NCBI GenBank assembly: GCA_963773045.1
Contig: CAVYZT010000003.1
Coordinates: 130,486 to 194,485, forward strand
Direction: 5' to 3'
Length of the DNA: 64,000 nt
Source: an uncultured Acidobacteriota bacterium
Lineage (GTDB): Bacteria; Acidobacteriota; Vicinamibacteria; Vicinamibacterales; UBA2999
The position numbers and the translations under genes are program-made. The notes beneath the pieces were generated by a model, which did not search any database, was not told the origin of the DNA, and saw only the letters and a list, made by a program, of their open reading frames with translations. Positions within the stretch are counted from its first letter, which is position 1. Every line of letters starts with the position of its first letter. Below are positions 9,288 through 17,886 of the stretch, in pieces.

Positions 9288-9357
9288 GAACAGCGATCAG
9301 CGAACAGCGAATAGCGAATAGCGAACAGCGGATAGCGAATAGCGAAAAGATAGCGAC
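9288..9357. repeat. Ten tandem heptamers GAAYAGC (gaacagc gatcagc gaacagc gaatagc gaatagc gaacagc ggatagc gaatagc gaaaaga tagcgac) ending at the lolC/E ATG
   Basis: Read directly. Two further GAAGAGC units lie at 9243-9260. There is no Shine-Dalgarno-like sequence between the array and the start codon. Confidence 0.85.
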
Positions 9358-10581
9358 ATGCCATTCGAACTCCAGATCGCACTGAGGTATCTGCTGGCCA
9401 AGCGCCGGCAGGTGTTCATCTCCGTGATCTCGCTCGTCTCGACGATCGGCGTCACGGTCGGCGTCATGGCGCTCGTGATCGCGCTGGCGCTGATGACCGG
9501 CCTGCAGCGCGAGCTTCGCGACCGCATCCTCGGGTCGTCGGCGCACATCTACGTCTGGAAGCCAAGCGGCATCCAGGACTATCACGCCGAAATCGCGCGT
9601 CTACGAAGCGTGCCTGGCGTGGTGGGCGGCGCGCCCGCCGTGATGGGCAAGGCGCTGATCCAGAGCGCCAAGGACGAGAACTTCATTTCAGTGAAGGGCA
9701 TCGATCCGGAGCTCGAGCCGGGCGTCACCGACATCGGCCGGTCGATTACCGCTGGCGCCTTGACGGATCTGAATCCCGCTTCCGACGAGGACTTTGCGGG
9801 AATCTTCCTCGGCAAGGATCTGGCCAGCCAGCTTGGCGTGTTGCCGGGTGACCTCGTGACGTTGGTGACGCCGCAAGGCACCTTGACGCCCATGGGCGTG
9901 ATGCCGCGACAGCGGCGGCTCAGGGTCGCGGGCACATTCCGGTTGGGCCTGTTCGAAGCCGACCAGTCGTCGGGGTTTGTGTCTCTCGAGACGGGTATGC
10001 GGCTGGCCGGCGCGGATCGTGTCGATCACATCGAGCTGCGAGTGGCCGACATCTATGAGGCGCCACGAATCGCCGACCAGATTACCGAACAGCTGGGCAA
10101 CCAATATGTGACGCAGGACTGGGCCGACATGAATCGGTCGCTCTATTCCGCGCTCTTGCTCGAGAAGATTGCGATGGGCATCGGTATTGGCCTCATCGTC
10201 ATGGTCGCGGCGCTGAACATCGTCGCTTCGCTGATTCTGCTGGTGATGGAGAAGACGAGGGACATCGCCATCCTCAAGACGATGGGAGCCTCGTCCCGGA
10301 GCATCACGCGGATCTTCCTGCTGCAGGGGCTGATCATCGGCGTGCTTGGCACGCTGGTCGGCGCGACCGCCGGCACGCTGATCTCGTTCGTGCTCGATCG
10401 CTATCGGGTGATCACGATCCCGAGCGACGTCTATCAGGTGAGTTATCTGCCGTTCAAGCTGCTGCCGTGGGATCTCGCCGTCATTGTGATTTCAGCGATC
10501 GTCGTCTGTTTTTTCGCGACCCTCTATCCGTCTCGTCAGGCCGCCCGCCTGGATCCTGCGCAAGCCTTGCGATATGAGTGA
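9358..10581 (+). CDS. Lipoprotein-releasing ABC transporter permease, LolC/LolE family
   Basis: MPFELQIALRYLLAKRR... N-terminus, a large periplasmic loop and a C-terminal FtsX domain. It is followed by lolD. Confidence 0.85.
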   Translation: MPFELQIALRYLLAKRRQVFISVISLVSTIGVTVGVMALVIALALMTGLQRELRDRILGSSAHIYVWKPSGIQDYHAEIARLRSVPGVVGGAPAVMGKALIQSAKDENFISVKGIDPELEPGVTDIGRSITAGALTDLNPASDEDFAGIFLGKDLASQLGVLPGDLVTLVTPQGTLTPMGVMPRQRRLRVAGTFRLGLFEADQSSGFVSLETGMRLAGADRVDHIELRVADIYEAPRIADQITEQLGNQYVTQDWADMNRSLYSALLLEKIAMGIGIGLIVMVAALNIVASLILLVMEKTRDIAILKTMGASSRSITRIFLLQGLIIGVLGTLVGATAGTLISFVLDRYRVITIPSDVYQVSYLPFKLLPWDLAVIVISAIVVCFFATLYPSRQAARLDPAQALRYE

Positions 10582-11254
10582 GCCGTTCGTCTCCGTCCGC
10601 GGGCTCAACAAGTCGTACCAGGTTGCCGGCCACCGGCTTCACGTGCTGCGCGACCTCGAGCTGTCGGTCGAGCGCGGGGAGATGGTCGCGATCATGGGCG
10701 CGTCCGGCGTGGGCAAGAGCACGCTGCTGCACGTGCTGGGCGGACTCGATACCATCGACTCCGGCGAGGTTCAGATCGGCGAGCACAACATCACGACGAT
10801 GTCGGACGAGGCTCGTGTCGCCTATCGAAACCGGCACGTCGGCTTCGTCTTCCAGTTCCACCATTTGCTGCCCGAGTTCACCGCGCTCGAGAATGCGGCG
10901 ATGCCCCTGCGGATCGCGCGGGTTTCGGTCGCCGAAGCGCAACCCAAGGCCATCGCGTTACTGAACCGGGTTGGGCTCGGCGAGCGGCTCGATCATCGGC
11001 CCGGCATGTTGTCCGGAGGAGAGCAGCAGCGGGTCGCCGTCTCGCGCGCGCTCGTCATGCAGCCATCGCTGCTGCTGGCGGATGAGCCCACTGGGGATCT
11101 GGATGAGGCCACTGCCGATTCGCTGCACGCGCTGTTGCGGGAGATGCATGGCGAATTCGGCCTGACGGCCGTCATCGCCACGCACAATCCGCGACTGGCG
11201 AGCCAGTGCGACCGCATTCTTCGACTGGAAGGCGGGCGGCTCGTGGACGGCTGA
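10574..11254 (+). CDS. lolD: Lipoprotein-releasing system ATP-binding protein LolD (ABC ATPase)
   Basis: Walker A GASGVGKST, signature LSGGEQQRV and Walker B LLLADEPTGDLD. It overlaps the permease gene by 8 nt. Confidence 0.85.
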   Translation: MSEPFVSVRGLNKSYQVAGHRLHVLRDLELSVERGEMVAIMGASGVGKSTLLHVLGGLDTIDSGEVQIGEHNITTMSDEARVAYRNRHVGFVFQFHHLLPEFTALENAAMPLRIARVSVAEAQPKAIALLNRVGLGERLDHRPGMLSGGEQQRVAVSRALVMQPSLLLADEPTGDLDEATADSLHALLREMHGEFGLTAVIATHNPRLASQCDRILRLEGGRLVDG

Positions 11255-11340
11255 GATCAGCTATCAACTATCGGCGCTCAGCTGTCAGCATGTTCTCGCC
11301 GACAGCCGACCGCCAAGAGCTGAAAGCCGATAGCCGATGG
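11255..11340. repeat. Twelve tandem heptamers filling the entire 86-nt spacer between convergent lolD and the GYD gene; includes an imperfect hairpin (about 11271-11313)
   Basis: gatcagc tatcaac tatcggc gctcagc tgtcagc atgttct cgccgac agccgac cgccaag agctgaa agccgat agccgat. The arms ggcgctcagctgtcagc / gccgacagccgaccgcc are largely complementary and may act as a bidirectional terminator. Confidence 0.75.
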
Positions 11341-11664
11341 CTATTTGGCTCCTGGCGCCTTGTAGCTGACCTTTGCCTGCGTCGCCCGGTCCACCTCTTC
11401 GGGCGAGATTAGCGGTGTGGTCTTGAGGGACACCGAGCCTGACGCGCTCACGTTCATCGACAGAGACAGCGCGGCTTCCGCGTTGGGCAATTCGCAGATC
11501 ACGATGGCATCGCGAATGCCGAAGGCGAAGTAGAAGGCTTCCAACTTTCCGCCCAGGCCCGTGATCGTGGCCTCGACGACCGACCGGCGCTTGCTTCCGC
11601 CCTCTGTGAGCAGACCCTTCGTGCCCTCTACCGAGTAATCGACCTCGAACATGTATTTCGGCAT
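11341..11664 (-). CDS. GYD domain-containing protein
   Basis: The internal ATG of ORF 11341..11718 gives MPKYMFEVDYSVEGTKGLLTEGGSKRR...LGGKLEAFYFAFGIRDAIVICELPN, typical of the GYD family. Confidence 0.7.
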   Translation of the reverse strand: MPKYMFEVDYSVEGTKGLLTEGGSKRRSVVEATITGLGGKLEAFYFAFGIRDAIVICELPNAEAALSLSMNVSASGSVSLKTTPLISPEEVDRATQAKVSYKAPGAK

Positions 11665-11692
11665 GACGTTCCTTTCGTTGACAGTCCACTCT

Positions 11693-11738
11693 AGAAAACT
11701 TGACTCCTGAAATTTCAACCAGTCGAGTCAAGTTTTCT
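11693..11738. promoter_or_regulatory. Perfect 14-bp inverted repeat agaaaacttgactc-N18-gagtcaagttttct in an AT-rich patch upstream of the GYD gene
   Basis: The arms are exact reverse complements by eye. The repeat is 29 nt upstream of the GYD start on the minus strand. It is a candidate operator or RNA hairpin. Confidence 0.4.
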
Positions 11739-11826
11739 CGCCCCGCCGGAGGCGGGGCAAAACCAACACTGTCGCTAGCGAGGCGGAGCCAGGAGTTCGC
11801 TTCCCACCAGTCTGGGCGGAGCCTCG

Positions 11827-12723
11827 CTAGCTGGTACGCACAGTCTTGTTGAAGAACTCGATCGTCCGATCCCAGGCCAGCTTCGCGGCGGCCTTGTCGA
11901 AGCGCGGAGTGGTGTCGTTGTTGAAGCCGTGTTGCGTACCCGGATAGAGGAAGCGCTGATACTTCACGCCCGCCGCCTTCAGCGCCGCCTCGTAGGCAGG
12001 CCAGCTGGCGTTGATGCGCTCGTCGACCTCAGCGGACTGAATCATCATCGACGCCTTGATCTTCGCGGCGTCCTCTGCGCTTGGCGAGGAGCCGTAGAAC
12101 GGCACGCCGGCGGCCATGTCCGTCAGCCGCGTCGCCAGCATGTTCACGATGCCGCCGCCATAACAGAAGCCGACGGCGCCGTATCGGCCGGTGCATTCCG
12201 GTCGCGCCTTCAGCCATCCGGCGGCCGCCACCATGTCCTCGCGGGTCTTGGCTTGGTCGAGTTTCGGGAAGAGGTCGCGAGCCTTTTCTTCGTCGCCCGG
12301 ATATCCGCCAAGCGGGAAGAGCGCGTCGGGCGCGAAGGCCACGAAGTTGTCAACCGCCAGCCGGCGCGCGATGTCTTCGATGTGCGGGTTGAGCCCGCGG
12401 TTTTCGTGGACGACGAGAATGCCGGGCAGCTTGCCCTTGGCGTTGGCCGGACGCGCGAAATAGCCGCGCATCTTGCCGTAGCCGCTCGGCGACGCGTACT
12501 CGATGTGCTCGGCCTTGATGCGCTTGTCGTCGGTTGCGACAACCTGCGCCTCGGCGAACTTCGGGCTCAGCTGATCGAGCAGCATGGCCGCGGTGACGCC
12601 ACCCACCGCATACTTTGCGGCCTTGTCGAGGAAGCCGCGGCGGTCGAGCGCGCCGTGCACGTAGGCATCAAAGAGGATCAGCAGTTCCTGGTCGAAATCG
12701 TGGGCGGTTTTGCGGGGTTCCAT
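11827..12723 (-). CDS. Dienelactone hydrolase family protein with Tat-type signal
   Basis: RRGFLDKAAKYAVGG twin-arginine motif, then ILVVHENRGLNPHIEDIARRLA and GAVGFCYGG typical of DLH-family hydrolases. Confidence 0.85.
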   Translation of the reverse strand: MEPRKTAHDFDQELLILFDAYVHGALDRRGFLDKAAKYAVGGVTAAMLLDQLSPKFAEAQVVATDDKRIKAEHIEYASPSGYGKMRGYFARPANAKGKLPGILVVHENRGLNPHIEDIARRLAVDNFVAFAPDALFPLGGYPGDEEKARDLFPKLDQAKTREDMVAAAGWLKARPECTGRYGAVGFCYGGGIVNMLATRLTDMAAGVPFYGSSPSAEDAAKIKASMMIQSAEVDERINASWPAYEAALKAAGVKYQRFLYPGTQHGFNNDTTPRFDKAAAKLAWDRTIEFFNKTVRTS

Positions 12724-12900
12724 GGGTGCCTCCGGAAGGGTGAAGCATACCCGCGTCCCAGGGAGAAAAGGAAGCTGATCGACCCGGTCATTGTCTGGTA
12801 AGCGCGCACACCGTTGTCGCCGTATGCTGCTAGTTGACCGGGCACGGTCCCGGCCCGGCAGTCGTAATACTCGGGACCTGACGTCAAACCAAAGGAGAAC

Positions 12901-13323
12901 GTGATGATTCGAAAGATGCTTTTCGGCGCGGCCCTGGTCGCGCTGAGCGTGCTGGCACTGCCGTCGATCTCGTCAGCTCAAGGCAAGGCGTCAACGCTCG
13001 ACACGGCCAAGGCCAAGCCGTTCATGGGCGAGTGGGTGCTCACCGTCGAAGGCCGGCGCGGACCGCAGGAGCGGCCGCTCAGCCTCACTGACGTCGGCGG
13101 CAAGGTCGCGGCCGAGCTGAGTGGCGGCCGTGGCGGGCCGGTATCGATCACCGACATCTCAATGGCGGGTTCCGACCTTGTCCTGAAGTGGAGTCAGCAG
13201 AGTCCGCAGGGAGAGATTCCGATCGTGATGACCCTCACCTTGAAGGACGGCGGCCTGGTTGTGAAGCAGGACATGGCCGGCGGCCAGTTCTCGGCGACCG
13301 GCACGGGAAAAAAGAAGGGCTAA
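12901..13323 (+). CDS. Secreted hypothetical protein (signal peptide ...LALPSISSAQG)
   Basis: A 140-aa ORF with the good RBS aaaggagaac upstream, a signal peptide and a beta-rich mature part. I recognise no family. Confidence 0.5.
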   Translation: MMIRKMLFGAALVALSVLALPSISSAQGKASTLDTAKAKPFMGEWVLTVEGRRGPQERPLSLTDVGGKVAAELSGGRGGPVSITDISMAGSDLVLKWSQQSPQGEIPIVMTLTLKDGGLVVKQDMAGGQFSATGTGKKKG

Positions 13324-13406
13324 CGCGAATCGCGAATCGCGAATCGCGAATCGAGCGAAAAGCGAATAGCGAAAAGCGAAAAGCGAATAGCGAAAAGCGA
13401 ATAGCC
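13324..13406. repeat. Heptamer array: CGCGAAT x4, then WAGCGAA-type units x8, filling the whole 83-nt spacer between two convergent genes
   Basis: cgcgaat cgcgaat cgcgaat cgcgaat cgagcga aaagcga atagcga aaagcga aaagcga atagcga aaagcga atagcc. It starts 1 nt after a TAA and ends at the stop codon of the opposite gene. Confidence 0.9.
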
Positions 13407-15773
13407 TTACGGCACATACCACTTCTGCAGTTGAGCCTGGGTCTCGGCAGACGCCTGGAAGAGGTCTGCCGGGTACCGCCGGAACTGCAGAATCGTTTGA
13501 AAGATCAGGAATCGCTCGTCGAAGTTGGCCGCGAGTCCGGCCAGATACTGCAATCGCAGATGCCGCTCGCGGTTGATGATTCCATCAGCCAGCCACGGGG
13601 CGAGGTCACGGCCTCGCCCCGCGTACGTCGCCAACAACGCTCCGGCCGACCCCAATGAGACCTCGGCCAGCGACGTGGCGACGTCGGCGTTTCGCGTGAT
13701 TCGTAGCCCGATCGCACGCTCGTTGATCGGTCCTCCGTCCAGACGTCCCAGCGCAACCAGGTCGTACCCCTCCTCGAGAAAGTCGGGACTCCACAGGGTT
13801 GTGTCCGGAAACACCGAAATAAACGTCGCCAGCTCGCTCTTCACCGAGGGCACGTTGGTCTCGTAGAGCGGCACCCACTGAGTGACGACACCGCCCGGAT
13901 TGAGATGCGCCCGCACCAGCTGCAAGTACTCCTCTGAATAGAGCGTCGCGGCGCCGCGGACCCACGGATGAATCGGATCGGACGTGATGATGTCGAACTT
14001 TTCCCTTGTCGTCTGCAGGAAGTGTCGCGCATCGTCAAACACGAGCTTCACCTTCGGGCTCTCGAAGACATGATGGTTCTCGGCGCCGAAGTAGAGGCGC
14101 GCACTCTCCGGCACTCTCGGCTCGATCTCGCAGATCACGAGCCGCTCGACCTCGGGATGAACGGCGAGCGCACCGGCGGTGACGCCGGCGCCGACGCCGA
14201 CGATCAGGATCGTCCGCGGATTGGGATGGAGCAGCGCAGGGAGATGGCCGAGCATGCGCTCGAGTCGCATGTCCACGTCCATGTTCGACGCTTCGACCTT
14301 GCCGGCGATGTGGAACTGTTTTGCGCCGGCGACATCTTCCGTGACCGCGATCGACGCCGTGGCGCCTTCGGACAGATAGAGGTACTTCTTGATCGAGCTC
14401 CACGACGACACCGACCGGCCATATGCGATCAGCCCACCCGGTGTCGGCGGAACGAAACGCACGATCGGAAGCGAAGCCACGGCCACACTCAGCAATACCC
14501 AAGACGACGACGCCCTTCGTAACAAGACCATCGTCGTGAGGACGGCGAGGGCGACGAGGACCTGCTGCGCGTGTTGGCTTCCGAGGTACGGGACGCCGAA
14601 CAGCGTGAAGAGCAGCGCGCCAAGCAAGGCGCCGATCGTGTTCACGGCGTTCACGCGTGAGACGCTTCGAGCCGGATCCGACGGACTCGCCGCGGCGGCC
14701 AGGGCAAGAGGAAAGCTCGCACCCCACAGGAACGTCGCGGGGAGCATCGCCGCGAGGCAACGCGCGGAGTCGAACGCGAACGTCAGCCAGGCCGATGAGC
14801 GGATGCGAGGGAGAAAGGTGTAGGTTGGCTGCCAGGTTGGCAGGACCGTGACGATCATCCACGCGGCAAACGCGATGGCCAGCGCCAGCGCGATCTGGCA
14901 GCGCGCAAACGCCATGGCCGCCGATGTCGTGCGACGAGCGATCACCGAACCGGCCAGACTGCCCAGGCCCAATCCAGTCAGGAACGTCGCGAGAATCAGC
15001 GTGAAGGTATACACGCTGGCGCCAAACAACAACGAGAGCTGACGCGTCCACACCACCTCGGCGCCAAGCGCGGTGAGTCCTGAAAGCGCGGCCGCGACGT
15101 AGACGGCTGTCGTGTCCGATCGCGTGGCGGCGTCTTCAACTCGTGACTGATCCGCCGGCGTCTCCACGGGAGGGTGATGAGGGACTCGCCTCGCGATGGC
15201 CAGGGCCGCCAGCGCGACCACCCCGTTGATGGTCACGGCCACTCCGCTGGCGATGACCGTGTCGTAGACCCGAAGGATATAGAAGCCCGCCAGTGCGGTT
15301 CCAAACGCAGCACCGGCGATGTTTGCCATGTAGAGGAAACCGATGTCGCCGGCCTTCCCCCCCAGACCGGCCCTCCACCGTGCGATCGCGGGCAACGTCG
15401 CACCCATCAACACCGTCGGCGGCAAGAGCACGATGGCGCAAACCAGCGCGCGAAGCAGCACGTTGGCATAGCCGTAACCGGCGAGCTCTACGTACGCATA
15501 TCGCACCAACGGGAGCGCTAGGGGAATCATGATCCCGAGGCCACCGATACCGGCCTCGAGCGCGGCCACGACGCGCAGTGGATGTCGCGGTTGACCGACC
15601 AGCCGTGGAAGCAGCGCGCTGCCAAGCGCCATGCCGCCCATGAAGCTCATCAGCAGAACCGCCATCGAGATCGATGAGGCGCCAACGACGAGTTGGACGA
15701 GATGAAACCAGACGAGCTCGTAGATGAGAGCGGCACAACCGCTCGCGAAGAAGAGGACGAAGAGAGCGGGCAT
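13407..15773 (-). CDS. Fused MFS-like membrane domain / spermidine synthase-like protein
   Basis: N-terminus MPALFVLFFASGCAALIYELVWFHLV... with about 12 TM spans, then an ILIVGVGAGVTAGAL...ITSDPIHPW...LNPGGVVTQW methyltransferase-fold spermidine-synthase-like domain. Confidence 0.8.
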   Translation of the reverse strand: MPALFVLFFASGCAALIYELVWFHLVQLVVGASSISMAVLLMSFMGGMALGSALLPRLVGQPRHPLRVVAALEAGIGGLGIMIPLALPLVRYAYVELAGYGYANVLLRALVCAIVLLPPTVLMGATLPAIARWRAGLGGKAGDIGFLYMANIAGAAFGTALAGFYILRVYDTVIASGVAVTINGVVALAALAIARRVPHHPPVETPADQSRVEDAATRSDTTAVYVAAALSGLTALGAEVVWTRQLSLLFGASVYTFTLILATFLTGLGLGSLAGSVIARRTTSAAMAFARCQIALALAIAFAAWMIVTVLPTWQPTYTFLPRIRSSAWLTFAFDSARCLAAMLPATFLWGASFPLALAAAASPSDPARSVSRVNAVNTIGALLGALLFTLFGVPYLGSQHAQQVLVALAVLTTMVLLRRASSSWVLLSVAVASLPIVRFVPPTPGGLIAYGRSVSSWSSIKKYLYLSEGATASIAVTEDVAGAKQFHIAGKVEASNMDVDMRLERMLGHLPALLHPNPRTILIVGVGAGVTAGALAVHPEVERLVICEIEPRVPESARLYFGAENHHVFESPKVKLVFDDARHFLQTTREKFDIITSDPIHPWVRGAATLYSEEYLQLVRAHLNPGGVVTQWVPLYETNVPSVKSELATFISVFPDTTLWSPDFLEEGYDLVALGRLDGGPINERAIGLRITRNADVATSLAEVSLGSAGALLATYAGRGRDLAPWLADGIINRERHLRLQYLAGLAANFDERFLIFQTILQFRRYPADLFQASAETQAQLQKWYVP

Positions 15774-15775
15774 TC

Positions 15776-16897
15776 CTACGGCTTCGCCCGGCGAAGCGTT
15801 TCGACTTCGATCGCGGCCAGCAGCGCCATCGCGCCGCCACGGTCGTCGGCGCCGTTCACCACTGGCCGATTCAAGTAGTACTCCTTGGTCGGGCCCGATC
15901 CTGTGCCCGAGCAGACATCGTGAACCGAGCCATCCGGATCGACGCGAGCGACAACCGCCTGCCAGCCGCGATCGACGACCGGACGAAACACCGCCGCGTC
16001 GAGCCAGCCCTTGGCGATACCGCGCGCCATGGCTGCAGTCGTCATCGCCGTGACCGTGAGCTCTCGATAGCTCGCCGGCTCATCGACGACCTGGCGCCAG
16101 CTCCCGTCATCTGACTGATGCTTGAGCAGAGCCTGAACGTGCGCGCGATAGATCTCCAGAACGGCCGTGCGCTCTGGCCAGGCGGCCGGCAAATGCGTCA
16201 GCGCTTCGGTCAGCCCGAGAAGCGCGAAGCCATTGCCACGGCCCCATGCGTACGGCCCATCGAGCGCGTGAATGAAGATTCCGTCGGGCCGCTGCAGCGA
16301 TTTCGCATACGAGATGAGAAGCTGCCCGACCGCGGCACCATACCTCGCGTCCTTGGTCGCGCCGCCGACGCGCGAGAGCAACGAAGACGCCATGAACATG
16401 TCGTCCGTCCATTTCCGGGGGAAGCGGACGATCTCGCCGGGACCTTGGGGAAGGATGAAATCTGCCGCTTTCCGGGCGAGTGCCGCGGCGTCGGCGTTCG
16501 CCTCCATGATGCCTGCGTCAGCAAAGGCGAGATGACCCGCAAGGCTCGTCAGCTGATAGGGCTCGGCGATCGCCGGCGTCGTGCCAGCGAGAAACGGCTG
16601 CATCTGCTGACGCGGCCTGTCCTTCCACTGCGGGTCGCCGGTCAGCGCCGCGAGGCGGAAGGATCCCGACCACGACAGCGCCGGGATGTAGCTCATGATG
16701 GGTTGCGCCGGGTATTTGGCGGCCAGCACGCGAGCGATCGCCAACGGAGAACGATCAGAGGTCGTCTGCCGCGCGCCGACACGGCCGTGGAACGCCAGCG
16801 AGATCAAGACGAGGCACGCAACGAGAGTCCCGGCACGTGCGCATGCGCCGTGCCATTGGGGCCTGCCCCCAACGGCACGCGCTTCGCCACGTTTCAT
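15776..16897 (-). CDS. Glycoside hydrolase family 88/105-like protein (unsaturated glucuronyl/rhamnogalacturonyl hydrolase type)
   Basis: Signal peptide, WTDDMFM and YAWGRGNGFALLGLTEAL motifs characteristic of GH88/GH105. Confidence 0.7.
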   Translation of the reverse strand: MKRGEARAVGGRPQWHGACARAGTLVACLVLISLAFHGRVGARQTTSDRSPLAIARVLAAKYPAQPIMSYIPALSWSGSFRLAALTGDPQWKDRPRQQMQPFLAGTTPAIAEPYQLTSLAGHLAFADAGIMEANADAAALARKAADFILPQGPGEIVRFPRKWTDDMFMASSLLSRVGGATKDARYGAAVGQLLISYAKSLQRPDGIFIHALDGPYAWGRGNGFALLGLTEALTHLPAAWPERTAVLEIYRAHVQALLKHQSDDGSWRQVVDEPASYRELTVTAMTTAAMARGIAKGWLDAAVFRPVVDRGWQAVVARVDPDGSVHDVCSGTGSGPTKEYYLNRPVVNGADDRGGAMALLAAIEVETLRRAKP

Positions 16898-17779
16898 AAA
16901 TTGGCGAGCTCGAAAATCACATCGGCGAGCGCGGAGTAGTCCTCCTCCCCACGACCAGCCGCCACTTGCGCTTGAACCAGTTGCGAGACGACCGCCGACG
17001 CCGGGGCGGGAACACCCAGCTCGGCGAGCGTAGCCATCGCAATTCCAAAATCCTTTCTGAAGAGCTTGCCCTTGAATCCTGGCTTGTAGTTCGCCGTGAT
17101 CATCCGCTCACCGTGCACCTCGAGCACACGGCTCTGAGCGAAGCCGCCCATCAGCGCGGCGCGCACCTTCATCGGATCGACTCCAGCCTTGCGTGAAAGC
17201 GCAATGGCTTCGGCCACGGCGGCCATGGTGCCACCGAGCACAATCTGGTTGCACGCCTTGCAGATCTGTCCAGCGCCGGATTCACCGACGTGCACGATCT
17301 TCTCTGGAGCTCCCATCGCGGCAAGGGCGGGTCTGACCGTCTCGAGCGCGTCGGCGTCCCCGCCGACCATGAACGTGAGCGTTCCCGCGATTGCGCCGAT
17401 CTCGCCGCCGCTCACTGGCGCATCGAGCATGCGCGCGCCCTTGCTGGCGGCGGCCGCGGCCAGGCGCCTGGCGATGGCGGGCGCGATCGTGCTGGAGTCC
17501 ACGATCACCGTGCCAGGCGACATCGCGCTGAAGACGCCATGCTCGCCTTCGAGTAACCAGAGACACGTCCGGGCCATCCGGCAGCATCGTCACGATCTGC
17601 TTTGCCGCCCGCGCGACCTCTGCGGGAGACGAGGCGGCGCGTCCGCCGGCGGCAACGATTTCGTCTACTGGCCCACGGCTCCGGCTGTGGGCGACGACAG
17701 AGAAACCCTTTTTGAGGAGGTTGAGGGCCATGGGTTTTCCCATGAGCCCAAGACCGATGAATCCGATCGTTTCAGGCAT
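16894..17779 (-). pseudogene. NAD(P)-dependent 3-hydroxyisobutyrate/2-hydroxy-3-oxopropionate reductase family gene interrupted by a 1-nt frameshift near 17554-17560
   Basis: ORF 17282..17779 gives a correct N-terminus, MPETIGFIGLGLMGKPMALNLLKKGF...QIVTMLPDGPDV, then becomes nonsense. ORF 16894..17577 continues in another frame with LLEGEHGVFSAMSPGTVIVDSSTI...PVSGG... The span is 886 nt, which is 3n+1. Confidence 0.8.
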
Positions 17780-17794
17780 CCGGGAATAATACTT

Positions 17795-17885
17795 GGTGCC
17801 TGAGAACAGTGCCTACGGTGCCCAAGGGTGCCTAGGGTGCCTAAGGTGCCTGCGGTGCCAAAGGTGCCGAGTGGGGTGGGTGCCG
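17795..17885. repeat. About nine tandem nonamers built on GGTGCC (ggtgcc tga..., tacggtgcc, caagggtgcc, tagggtgcc, taaggtgcc, tgcggtgcc, aaaggtgcc ...)
   Basis: Read directly. The array fills most of the spacer between two minus-strand genes. It shares a 16-nt string agggtgcctaaggtgc with 48148-48211. Confidence 0.85.
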
Positions 17886-17886
17886 G

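Noticed and set aside
11740-11758. GC hairpin gccccgcc-gga-ggcggggc as an intrinsic terminator for the dienelactone hydrolase gene.
   Set aside because: The stem is followed by an A-tract, not a U-tract, in both transcriptional directions. It does not fit the canonical intrinsic terminator and may still be a structural element.
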